From: Candidatus Curtissbacteria bacterium RIFCSPLOWO2_12_FULL_41_16
Lineage (GTDB): Bacteria; Patescibacteriota; Microgenomatia; Curtissbacterales; GWA2-41-24
Direction: 5' to 3'
Assembly (NCBI GenBank): GCA_001776545.1
Contig: MFBZ01000022.1
Span: forward strand, 14,065 to 78,064
DNA length: 64,000 nucleotides
Under the pieces are notes generated by a model, which searched no databases, had not been told where the DNA came from, and saw only the letters and a list, made by a program, of their open reading frames with translations. The position numbers and the translations under genes are program-made. Shown one piece after another: positions 46,744 to 54,839 of this stretch; position 1 is the first letter of the stretch, and each line of letters begins with the position of its first letter.

Positions 46744-47553
46744 ATGTTTGGAAACACTATTATTTCTAAGTTGGAAGCGGAAATTTCAAAAAAACCATCT
46801 GTCATTGGTCTCGTTTTGGTTGGATCTTACGCTCGAGAAAAAATATACAGTGCAAATGAATATTCCGACATGGAAGTTTACGTCATAGTTTTGGACGGCA
46901 ATGTATCCAAAGTCGAGAAAGATTTAATTGAAATTGCAAAACAACTGGGAGAGATTATATTCCACTACAAAAATAGGTGGGCTGGATTTTCGGTTGTTTT
47001 TGATAACTTATTTCGTCTTGAGCTTCCAGTGATTAAACAGTCAGATATTAAAAGTGTTTTTTTAAGACCGATTGCGCAACCAGTCAAAATTTTGATAGAC
47101 AAAACCAACGGTGAATTAAAGAAGGCTTTGGATACTAGACAAAAAGAAATAGATATCGAATCTCTGTTTCAAGAAACCTTTTTTGATTTCTGGTATATGG
47201 CTGTTTTGGCAGTGCAATATCTTAAAAAAGGAGAATATTGGAATGCCAGACACGCTCAGGAAGTTGTTCTTGTACCTGCACTTATAAAACTTTTTGAGAT
47301 TCTGGATAACAAAGAAGCTTTAATGCTTGAAACCAATAAAAGAATAGAGCAATTTCTTAGCGAAGAAAGACTAAATGTTCTAAAAAAGATTTCCAGTGTT
47401 TACAATTCAGACAACATAAAGGATGTTTTAAAAATCAGTATGGGGGAGTTTGTAAGCGTTTGTAACGAAATTAAGAAAAAATATGGCTTCAGGTACGAGG
47501 AAGATGTTGTGGATAAAGTTAAACCAAAATTAGACAAACTGCTTGGTTCCTGA
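46744..47553 (+). CDS. Nucleotidyltransferase, ANT(6)/streptomycin-adenylyltransferase-like
   Basis: 269 aa. The N-terminal LVGSYAREKIYSANEYSDMEVYVIV segment fits the Pol-beta-type NTase motif (GS...D.E/D) and the overall size and pattern of aminoglycoside 6-adenylyltransferase-family proteins. Confidence 0.45.
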   Translation: MFGNTIISKLEAEISKKPSVIGLVLVGSYAREKIYSANEYSDMEVYVIVLDGNVSKVEKDLIEIAKQLGEIIFHYKNRWAGFSVVFDNLFRLELPVIKQSDIKSVFLRPIAQPVKILIDKTNGELKKALDTRQKEIDIESLFQETFFDFWYMAVLAVQYLKKGEYWNARHAQEVVLVPALIKLFEILDNKEALMLETNKRIEQFLSEERLNVLKKISSVYNSDNIKDVLKISMGEFVSVCNEIKKKYGFRYEEDVVDKVKPKLDKLLGS

Positions 47554-47887
47554 GTTAAAGCATTAAATATATCGAACTATATCAAATCTTAATTTGAGAC
47601 AAGCCCTTTTTATAATCGCTTGCGATTACATCGCGCGCTCTTGTAACGCAAGAGCGATATAGTGTCTCATTTGTCTCATTTAGCCTCGAAGATGAGACAC
47701 TAAACCTCTCCGATTTGGTACAATACCCATCGGGTGACTATGGGAGCGTTGGGTCCCAGACCCACATGCTCCGCCAAGCGAAGGAAGGTTCGTTCATAGT
47801 GCAAACGAAGTGCACTATGCTTCGCAAAGCGAACATCCTGCCGCCTCCGCTGAAGTGCCGTTTGCGACGGTTTGATTCTGCTACAAT

Positions 47888-48556
47888 TTGGCTGTGAAAC
47901 TCTTGCTTACATCTTCCGGCTTCAGAAATAAGTCTATTGCCAAGGCTCTTGCAGACTTAGTTGGCAGATCTTTTGCTAAAACAAATTTGGCATTTATTCC
48001 TACTGCCGCAAATGTGGAGGAGGGTGACAAGTGTTGGTTGATTGATGACTTAACGAACTGTAAGAAACTTGGATTTAAGATGATAGATATTGTAGACATT
48101 TCTGCCATAGCTAAAGAACTTTGGGAGCCAAGATTAAGTGCTGCAGATGTTTTGATGTTTGGGGGAGGAAATACTTTTCATTTAATATACTGGATTCGAA
48201 AGTCTGGGCTGGAGAAACTTCTACCCCGTTTACTCAAACAGAGGGTGTATGTGGGAATTAGCGCTGTAAGTATGGTCACGAGCAAAAGAATCCTTCTAAG
48301 TGAATCCAAGAAGCTATACTATGAGGACCTGAAAGGTCATCAGGACGAAAGAGGGCTTGGTTTTGTAAGTTTCCAGATTCGGCCACATCTGAATAATAGC
48401 TTTTTCCCAAATGTAAAAGAAGAAATTTTAAAAGAACAGGCGAAAAAGATTCCGGAGCAGATTTATGCTCTTGATGACGAGATGGCAATTAAGGTTGAAG
48501 ATAAGAACATCGAGGTTGTAGGAGAAGGTAAGTATTTACTGCTTAATGTAAGTTAA
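47888..48556 (+). CDS. Peptidase S51 (dipeptidase E / cyanophycinase-like) family protein
   Basis: 222 aa with LLLTSSGF at the N-terminus and FGGGNTFHL..., resembling the S51 Ser-His-Glu triad context. Confidence 0.55.
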   Translation: MAVKLLLTSSGFRNKSIAKALADLVGRSFAKTNLAFIPTAANVEEGDKCWLIDDLTNCKKLGFKMIDIVDISAIAKELWEPRLSAADVLMFGGGNTFHLIYWIRKSGLEKLLPRLLKQRVYVGISAVSMVTSKRILLSESKKLYYEDLKGHQDERGLGFVSFQIRPHLNNSFFPNVKEEILKEQAKKIPEQIYALDDEMAIKVEDKNIEVVGEGKYLLLNVS

Positions 48557-48778
48557 ATCGATGAACCGCACGTGGGAGCTTTACCCGCCCGAATTTTTGA
48601 GGCTGCCAGCTCGGGTGCTATCCCTCCGGGTAGGTGAATTGAAAACCCGCAAATAGTATAATCTATACTCACTCGAACGGTGACTGGTTGCAGAGCGATT
48701 TGCTCTAATTGCTCTCGGAAAAAAGTTCCAACATAGTCAACTAGGCACCGCCGAAGCCCTATAACATTTGACTTCCTA

Positions 48779-49606
48779 GTGTGGGTTAAGTATAATTCGC
48801 ATATGTCGTCAGTTGAAAGAGGTTTTATACCAATAACTGAAGCCCAAAGCGAACGAGTCCGATTCCAGGTTGGTTTACCTGATTTTGTGGACCAAGACAG
48901 GATTGGGGTGAATCTTCGTGAGATTCAGAGGCTGTGCCAAATCGGGGGAATTCACAGGCTTGTGGTTCTTGGTGTTGAAGATTTAGATACTTCCAAGACT
49001 GTGCCTCAAATACTTGGTTTTAATAGCCAAGGTTCTACCTACATGGGGAAAGCCGCCTCTAAGGCTGATGTGTCACCATCAGAAAGTTTTTCTGCACCGG
49101 GGTGGGAAGGTAAAAGTCATCCACAACAGTGGTCAGATGCACTCATTGCTGTCAATATGAACCAAGTAAGAGATAGAATTGGAAATGACAAGAGATGGAG
49201 TGAAGGAATTCGTTCTCCAAAAGCATGGTCGCATTATTTGAACAGAGGTATAAAAGATGGGATTTCAAAAGAGGGGATTGCTCAATTGCTAAACTTGAGA
49301 AATAAAGTTGATTTGGCTATTTTTGCTGCTTTTGTCGGTGCTGCTGCAACAGATGCGGTTCCGCTACCGCGGTGGTTTGACCCACACATACCGAGTGTTC
49401 GCGAGGCTATACAAGCCTACTTTACATGGTCCATAACGTGGAATGTTATAGAGAGGTTCATGGATGGCAAGAGGCCTTTCCTAAGTGATGGGAATAATAG
49501 ATACACCGCCTTCTACGGGCCTGAAGTTGATAGGGCTGTACTCCTCAAGGTTCTTACTAAAACTAGAACGCTGGTAAAGCAAATTGAAGGTCAAGCAACA
49601 CAATAA
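48779..49606 (+). CDS. Hypothetical protein (275 aa)
   Basis: No known motif. Preceded by a repeated ~120-nt upstream module. Confidence 0.35.
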   Translation: MWVKYNSHMSSVERGFIPITEAQSERVRFQVGLPDFVDQDRIGVNLREIQRLCQIGGIHRLVVLGVEDLDTSKTVPQILGFNSQGSTYMGKAASKADVSPSESFSAPGWEGKSHPQQWSDALIAVNMNQVRDRIGNDKRWSEGIRSPKAWSHYLNRGIKDGISKEGIAQLLNLRNKVDLAIFAAFVGAAATDAVPLPRWFDPHIPSVREAIQAYFTWSITWNVIERFMDGKRPFLSDGNNRYTAFYGPEVDRAVLLKVLTKTRTLVKQIEGQATQ

Positions 49607-49879
49607 TTCCCTAAAATTGTATAATCTATACTCGAACGGTGACTGGTTGAAGGGCAATTTGTTCTAATTGCTTTTGGAAAAAAGTTCCAACATAGTCAAA
49701 CAGACACCGCTTGTTAAAACTAAACTTTGCTTATCGCCGAGCCTGACTCGGCTTATCGCAAGTTTGTTTTTCCTCTTCAAAATCGCAAGCGATTTTGAGA
49801 TTTTTACTCTTCTCTTTTAAAATTCATTCCGGCAATTTTGATAGTTGTTTTGTGATAAACTTGTAGTTGGATAGTTTTT

Positions 49880-50455
49880 ATGCCCAAGTTTCATAAAACA
49901 GATCATCATGAGGATCATCATACGGGGAGAATTCTCTCCAAAGAAGAACTTGACGCAAAGCATGCGGCAGCACTTGAGGCCAAAGCGATTATTTCCTGGA
50001 AATCTCCGGAGAGAATTTTTAAGGCAAGATCCAAAAAGTATTTTACCAAGGTCGCTCTCTATGGGTTGATTTTTGTGCTGGCGGCAATTGCTTTTGGCGA
50101 GTTTTTCCTGGTAGGGGTAATTATTGCGGTGGTTTTTGTGGTTTATGTTTTGGCGACGGTTGCGCCACACGTTATCGAGCATAAGATTACCAATATGGGC
50201 ATTATCTCCGGGGGACGGGCGTTTTTGTGGGAAGAGCTGGACTCTTTTTGGTTTGATAAGCGCGGCGATGACAGGCTTTTGGTGGTTGCGACTAATTTAC
50301 ATTTCCCGACTCGCTTGATTATTCTGTTAACGACTGTTTCCGAGCGGACACTCCTAGATATTTTGGAAAAACATATCCATTTTCATCATGGCCCGGTGCA
50401 CACGCTTTTTGACAAATGGGCCAATTCGCTACAGAAGAGAATTAACCTCGAGTAA
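49880..50455 (+). CDS. Hypothetical membrane protein (191 aa)
   Basis: Two TM helices in the centre. Preceded by copies of the R2 and R3 modules. Confidence 0.35.
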   Translation: MPKFHKTDHHEDHHTGRILSKEELDAKHAAALEAKAIISWKSPERIFKARSKKYFTKVALYGLIFVLAAIAFGEFFLVGVIIAVVFVVYVLATVAPHVIEHKITNMGIISGGRAFLWEELDSFWFDKRGDDRLLVVATNLHFPTRLIILLTTVSERTLLDILEKHIHFHHGPVHTLFDKWANSLQKRINLE

Positions 50456-50617
50456 AAATTCAATTGTTAAATTGTTTCATTGTTGAATTGTTAGACTGTT
50501 TTGAGTATCTAGTTCCCTTGTAGTAAAATTCCACTGGGTGCTTGTAGTTTCCGCCAGAGGCGGATCAGCCCATGGGTTCTGAGATCCTCAGGATCGAATG
50601 ACCTTTGGCTGACATTT

Positions 50618-50691
50618 GTCCCTGTAGTTCAATTGGACAGAACGCTTCCCTGCGAAGGAAGAGATTGGCCGTTCGAGTCGGCCCAGGGACA
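50618..50691 (+). tRNA. tRNA-Arg (anticodon GCG)
   Basis: Acceptor GTCCCTG/CAGGGAC, D-arm GTTC/GAAC, anticodon stem CTTCC/GGAAG with loop CTGCGAA, T-arm GGCCG-TTCGAGT-CGGCC and discriminator A. Confidence 0.7.
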
Positions 50692-50850
50692 CAATTGGAA
50701 AGGAAGGTTTTATCCCGACGAAATCTTCTGCAAATTCTATTCGATTAAGAAGAAAAAATGATGTTAAGAATTTTTTTGAAATTATAGGGAGTAGTAACCC
50801 GAAACATTTAGATAAATTTAAACGATTCATGTAAAATATACGGGTATTAC

Positions 50851-50941
50851 GGAGGAGTACCCAAGAGGTCGTACGGGCACCGTCTCGAAAACGGTTGGGG
50901 CCGCAAGGCTCACGTGGGTTCGAATCCCACCTCCTCCGCCA
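50851..50941 (+). tRNA. tRNA-Ser (anticodon CGA), CCA encoded
   Basis: Acceptor GGAGGAG/CTCCTCC, anticodon stem ACCGT/ACGGT with loop CTCGAAA, long variable arm and T-arm GTGGG-TTCGAAT-CCCAC, then GCCA. Confidence 0.75.
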
Positions 50942-51099
50942 CGTAATAGATTGCTTGAGCAATTTAAACGTGGCTGGGACGTTAAATTTTATAGAATAAA
51001 ATTTAACGTCTCGCCTAAGATGTATTATGTTTACATACTCCAAAGTCAGAAAAATAGCATTTTGTCAAGTACCCCTTTTAGTAGACAATCATTCTTCGT

Positions 51100-51965
51100 C
51101 TAGGTTTGCGTTTCTTTAAGCCTGTATTGTTCCGGTGACATTTTCAGTCTTGTATGGATTCTTGCCCTGTTGTAGTAGTTGATTGTTAAATGGATTGCCG
51201 CAATGAACTCACCAAGCGTATCGAATCTGTTAAACTCAAGACCTAAATCAGTCTTAAAGTTGTTGTAGAAAGACTCCTGAAAACCATTTTCCCAAGGTGA
51301 TGATTTGGCGCTCATGGATATTTGAATACCCAGTGAATTAAGGAACTTCGTGTACTCTTTTGATGTGTACTCTGATCCTTGATCGGTATGGATAATTCTG
51401 GGCAAGCTGCCCAGCGTCTTTATCGCATCTACAATCGCCTCAATTACCATTTCTTTAGTATGTCTTGCGGCAACAAACCAACCCACAATTTCCCTGGTTA
51501 CCAGATCCATATATGTTGCCAGGTATACTACCTTTGAAAAGTAGATCATGTGGGTAAAATCTCCAACCAAGACTGTACCGGGTATAATCGGGCAGGTACC
51601 TTTGATTAGGTTTTGATATGGCGCTGGAGCTTTTTTCAAATCCCTTCTTTTCGTCCATCTGGCCTTCCTTTTGTATGGCTTTATGTTATACAGCTTCATT
51701 ACTCGACTCGCCTTACCCTTTTCTTGCCAAGGGAAAGGGCAAGAGCTATTCTTCTGTGGCCATAAGCGGGATTGAGAGCCAAAGTTGATAGAATCTGCTC
51801 CCTTAAAAGTTCATCCTGACGGATTCTGGCTTGGCTATTGGTTTTATATGTTGTTGATCTGGATATTTTAAGAAGACGGCAGAGGAAGGTATGACCAAGG
51901 CTTTTGACCTTAGACTGGATTAAAGCGAGGATTTCCCTTCTTTTTTTTTGACTTCTCAAGTTCAA
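51100..51965 (-). pseudogene. IS3-family transposase OrfB, interrupted (two ORF pieces in different frames)
   Basis: Piece 51699..51965 ends in RRVE, followed by TAATG. Piece 51100..51699 continues with the integrase core. Together the two pieces resemble a full IS3 OrfB. Confidence 0.55.
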
Positions 51966-52182
51966 AGGTTAATACTCCAATGATCTGTTTGAGCTGCGAG
52001 TTTTCATTTTTTAGCCTGTTATACTCAAGGAGGCTGATTGTACCCATGGCTTTTCGAGATAGCCAGGTGTAGATGGTTTTCTCGCTGACTCCATACTGGG
52101 CAGCAACTGCTGCTACTTTCTCGCCGCTCTTTACTTTTGTAAGTATTTCGGCCTTAACTTCGGGATTAACCGGTTTAAACAT
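51910..52182 (-). CDS. IS3-family transposase OrfA (HTH)
   Basis: 90 aa with an HTH segment (AAQYGVSEKTIYTWL) and a leucine-zipper-like C-terminus. Confidence 0.7.
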   Translation of the reverse strand: MFKPVNPEVKAEILTKVKSGEKVAAVAAQYGVSEKTIYTWLSRKAMGTISLLEYNRLKNENSQLKQIIGVLTFELEKSKKKKGNPRFNPV

Positions 52183-52253
52183 TTATTTCACCTCCCAATT
52201 GAAGTATATTTTATGAAGAACTACTGTCTATTTTAAGGGGTACCTGTCGTTTG

Positions 52254-52520
52254 TTAGTTTAACCCTACGCCTTTCTCGATATACTTTTGAATGAGGTGTT
52301 GATATGGAACATGTAGCTTACCTGCTTCTACTTTTACTTTAAGAAGTAACTGTTCTGGAAGCCTTATTGAAATTAGCCGCTTGGTTTTCTTAAGGCTTGG
52401 AAAGACCATGCCTCTTTTGAAATCTGATGGTTCAAAGTACTGCGACAGGTCAAGATTAGCCCAAAATTCTGCTTCCTCTTCCTCACTTTTGAACTTTGGT
52501 ACGACGAGTTGTTTTTTCAT
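52254..52520 (-). CDS. brnA: BrnA-like antitoxin
   Basis: 88 aa with an N-terminal MKKQLVVPKFKSEEEEAEFWANLDLSQY motif and a C-terminal RHH-like segment, located downstream of BrnT. Confidence 0.6.
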   Translation of the reverse strand: MKKQLVVPKFKSEEEEAEFWANLDLSQYFEPSDFKRGMVFPSLKKTKRLISIRLPEQLLLKVKVEAGKLHVPYQHLIQKYIEKGVGLN

Positions 52521-52797
52521 ATAAATTCACCTCCTTTTTATTGATGTCGCGCGAAGAAATAATTCTAATTTTGTCTCCTCTTCTGGTAAAAATCTGGTAC
52601 AGCAATCTTCTATTTTGCGTTTTCCCGATGATAATGAAACGTTTTTCTATTGTTGAGTGCCTAATATCTTCATCAAGGGCATTGTCTGTATCAAAGAATA
52701 CCTGTTCTGCTTCCTCTGGTGTAACATTATGACGTGCGATATGAGCTATATTCGCTTCATCCCATTCAAACCCTGCAACATCATCAAGTAAGCTCAT
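52483..52797 (-). CDS. brnT: BrnT-like (DUF497, RelE-fold) toxin
   Basis: Start trimmed to MSLLDDVAGFEWDEANIAHIARHNVTPEEAEQVF, the hallmark BrnT N-terminus. Confidence 0.6.
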   Translation of the reverse strand: MSLLDDVAGFEWDEANIAHIARHNVTPEEAEQVFFDTDNALDEDIRHSTIEKRFIIIGKTQNRRLLYQIFTRRGDKIRIISSRDINKKEVNLYEKTTRRTKVQK

Positions 52798-53179
52798 TAC
52801 TGTATATACAATATATGTATATATTACTATAATGTTCAGTATTTTGTCAATGATCCGCAACCAGCAGTAAGTAAGAAGAAATGAGACACCCTTTTTTACA
52901 GTGTCACATTTGTTCCATTTAGCCTCGCACGTGAGACACCATGTTCTGAAGATTTGATACAATACGATGGTTAGGAGTAGTGGGGACTATAGGAGCGCTG
53001 GGCTCCAGACCCACGTGCTCCGCTCGTCGAAACAAAGCTTTGCTTGTCGCCGAGTCTGACTCGGCTTAGCGCAAGCTTGTTTCTCCTCTTCAAAATTGCT
53101 TCGCAATTTTGAGATTTTTCTTGTTTCGTAGAATTTTCCTAAATCTGGTAAAATCCCATTGTGCCGATTAAGCGGATTT

Positions 53180-53581
53180 TTAGCTCTCAAGGCGTTTGAT
53201 TTGAGAAAATTTGTCAAAATCGTGATCAAAAGAATAGATTTCTTTGATTTTTTTCTTCTGCATTAAAGCGATATGGTAAGCATCGATAAAACTGATGTTT
53301 TGTTCCATGTAGAAAGTAAAAATTCCCGGAAGTAGTTTGTAATTTTCTATGATAATGTTTGGAATTTGTCCAATAGCAATCATTTTATCAGTTATCTCTT
53401 TTTTGGGAAGTTTGTAAGATCTTTCTAAAGTAAAGATTACCTCCGAAAGCGTTAAAAGACTGATGAAGACTTTATTTTTTTCTTGCTCGATCTTTTTAAA
53501 GATTGTTTTAGTCTTGGATGAAAGTATAGGGTCATCGTCCAAAATAAATCGGAGAATAATATTAGTATCAAGAAGAATCAT
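53180..53581 (-). CDS. vapC: PIN-domain toxin VapC (second copy)
   Basis: 133 aa with an MILLDTNIILRF N-terminus and conserved acidic residues. Overlaps the antitoxin by 4 bp. Confidence 0.7.
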   Translation of the reverse strand: MILLDTNIILRFILDDDPILSSKTKTIFKKIEQEKNKVFISLLTLSEVIFTLERSYKLPKKEITDKMIAIGQIPNIIIENYKLLPGIFTFYMEQNISFIDAYHIALMQKKKIKEIYSFDHDFDKFSQIKRLES

Positions 53582-53901
53582 CGATTAGTTTTTGAAAGAG
53601 TTCCAAGCTGACGGAGTATTTTACGGTCTCTTTCAACGGCTGCTTTTGGCCACGCCTGTTCTTCCCATTTGATCAATTTTTGACCAGTAAGTTTCGGTTT
53701 AATTTTAGGTTTTAGCGAGCCGTAGAGGGACATTATTGAGAAACGTTTGGCGGTTTTCACTTTAACCTCTTTCTTTTTAGTGACAATGAATCTTACTTGA
53801 TCGCCACGTTTCAAGCCGAGCACTTTGCGTACTTGGGCCGGAATAGTTACTTGGCCTTTTTGAGTTATAGTCGTAGGTTGTACTTGCATGGTAATACCCA
53901 A
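53578..53901 (-). CDS. AbrB/MazE-family antitoxin (VapB-like)
   Basis: The N-terminal swapped-hairpin segment (TITQKGQVTIPAQVRKVLGLKRGDQVRFIV) is followed by a basic tail. Upstream partner of the PIN toxin. Confidence 0.6.
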   Translation of the reverse strand: MGITMQVQPTTITQKGQVTIPAQVRKVLGLKRGDQVRFIVTKKKEVKVKTAKRFSIMSLYGSLKPKIKPKLTGQKLIKWEEQAWPKAAVERDRKILRQLGTLSKTNR

Positions 53902-53954
53902 ATTTTAGTATTACTAATGCTGATTGTCAATAGACCTTCTAAATCTGTTAAAAT

Positions 53955-54518
53955 TTGCCTGTCATGGCGATTAAGAGGATTTTTAGTGCTGGAGGAATTG
54001 TTATCAGACCCTTAGGCTACGATCCCGTTTCGAAATTTGACGAAACGGGATCGGGAAAAGAGGCTGAAAAGTGGGAGGTTTTGGTGACTCAGCATTCCAA
54101 ACATAAAGGCTGGGATTTTCCCAAAGGCCATCGGGAAATTTATGAATCGGAGGAGCAAACGGCTCTGCGGGAGGTTGAGGAAGAAGCTGGTGTTAAGGCG
54201 GAAATTATCGAGAGGGTTGGCCAAACGCAGTATTTCTACTGGGAAACGGAAGAGCCCGTCTTCGCCCCTTCGACCCTTCGGTTATACTCAGGGCCATTGG
54301 CTTCGCTCAGGGCTACGGTGGGGAAAGAAAAGGTATTAAAAACTGTTGCTTATTATTTGATGAAGTACGTTGGAGAAGGAGAAGCTACAACTGCTTTTGA
54401 GGTTAGTGCTAAAGTTTGGCTACCAATTGATAAGGTTGAGGAGAAATTGACATTTAAGGATACCAAGGAATTGTGGGAGAAGGCGAAAATCAAGATAGAA
54501 GCGATCAGTGACAAGTGA
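53955..54518 (+). CDS. NUDIX hydrolase
   Basis: Nudix box GHREIYESEEQTALREVEEEAGV. The coding sequence contains an embedded copy of a short GC-rich repeat (~54262-54312). Confidence 0.7.
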   Translation: MPVMAIKRIFSAGGIVIRPLGYDPVSKFDETGSGKEAEKWEVLVTQHSKHKGWDFPKGHREIYESEEQTALREVEEEAGVKAEIIERVGQTQYFYWETEEPVFAPSTLRLYSGPLASLRATVGKEKVLKTVAYYLMKYVGEGEATTAFEVSAKVWLPIDKVEEKLTFKDTKELWEKAKIKIEAISDK

Positions 54519-54579
54519 CAAGTTATAAATTAGAGAGAAGCTCCTTGGGAATATAGTCTTCTGGTATAATTTTGGCGCT

Positions 54580-54669
54580 GGAGAGGTCGCATAGTGGACT
54601 AGTGCGCAGACCTGGAAAGTCTGTATACTCGCAAGGGTATCGAGGGTTCGAATCCCTCCCTCTCCGCCA
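54580..54669 (+). tRNA. tRNA-Ser (anticodon GGA), CCA encoded
   Basis: Acceptor GGAGAGG/CCTCTCC, anticodon stem CAGAC/GTCTG with loop CTGGAAA, 18-nt variable arm and T-arm GAGGG-TTCGAAT-CCCTC, then GCCA. Confidence 0.75.
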
Positions 54670-54761
54670 TCCTTCGCCAAGTCGCCGACGCTCCATAGCT
54701 TTGGCGACGGAGCGGCTATAGGGGTGGCTATGCTGGTGGATTGGAAAGAAGTAAGAAATTC

Positions 54762-54834
54762 GCGCCCATAGTTCAATGGACAGAACGTTAGGTTCCGGAC
54801 CTAGAGGCTAGAGGTTCGAGTCCTCTTGGGCGCA
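54762..54834 (+). tRNA. tRNA-Arg (anticodon CCG)
   Basis: Acceptor GCGCCCA/TGGGCGC, D-arm GTTC/GAAC, anticodon stem TTAGG/CCTAG with loop TTCCGGA and T-arm AGAGG-TTCGAGT-CCTCT. Confidence 0.7.
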
Positions 54835-54839
54835 CACTG

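Larger units (their letters stand above)
51062..52250 (-). mobile_element. IS3-family insertion sequence (about 1.19 kb) with a disrupted orfB
   Basis: Imperfect terminal inverted repeats: CAAGTACCCCTTTTAGTAGACA near 51063 and TGTCTATTTTAAGGGGTACCTG near 52228. orfA 51910..52182 encodes an HTH protein. The orfA/orfB overlap contains an A9G slippery run (~51945-51955). orfB is split into two ORFs, 51699..51965 and 51100..51699, by an extra frame change at a TAATG junction. The 51100..51699 part carries a DDE integrase core (HTDQGSEYTS...WENG). Confidence 0.75.

Noticed and set aside
50520-50617. Possible tRNA fragment (gggttctgagatcctcaggatcgaatgacc) preceding tRNA-Arg
   Set aside because: No acceptor or anticodon arms could be formed. 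Only a T-loop-like GATCGAATG is present, so it is not called.
50588-51043. 151-aa minus-strand ORF
   Set aside because: It spans tRNA-Arg (50618-50691) and tRNA-Ser (50851-50941), so it is not a real CDS.
52987-53229. 80-aa minus-strand ORF
   Set aside because: It lies entirely within the R1/R3 repeat region, and R3 is also found upstream of tmRNA. It is probably non-coding.
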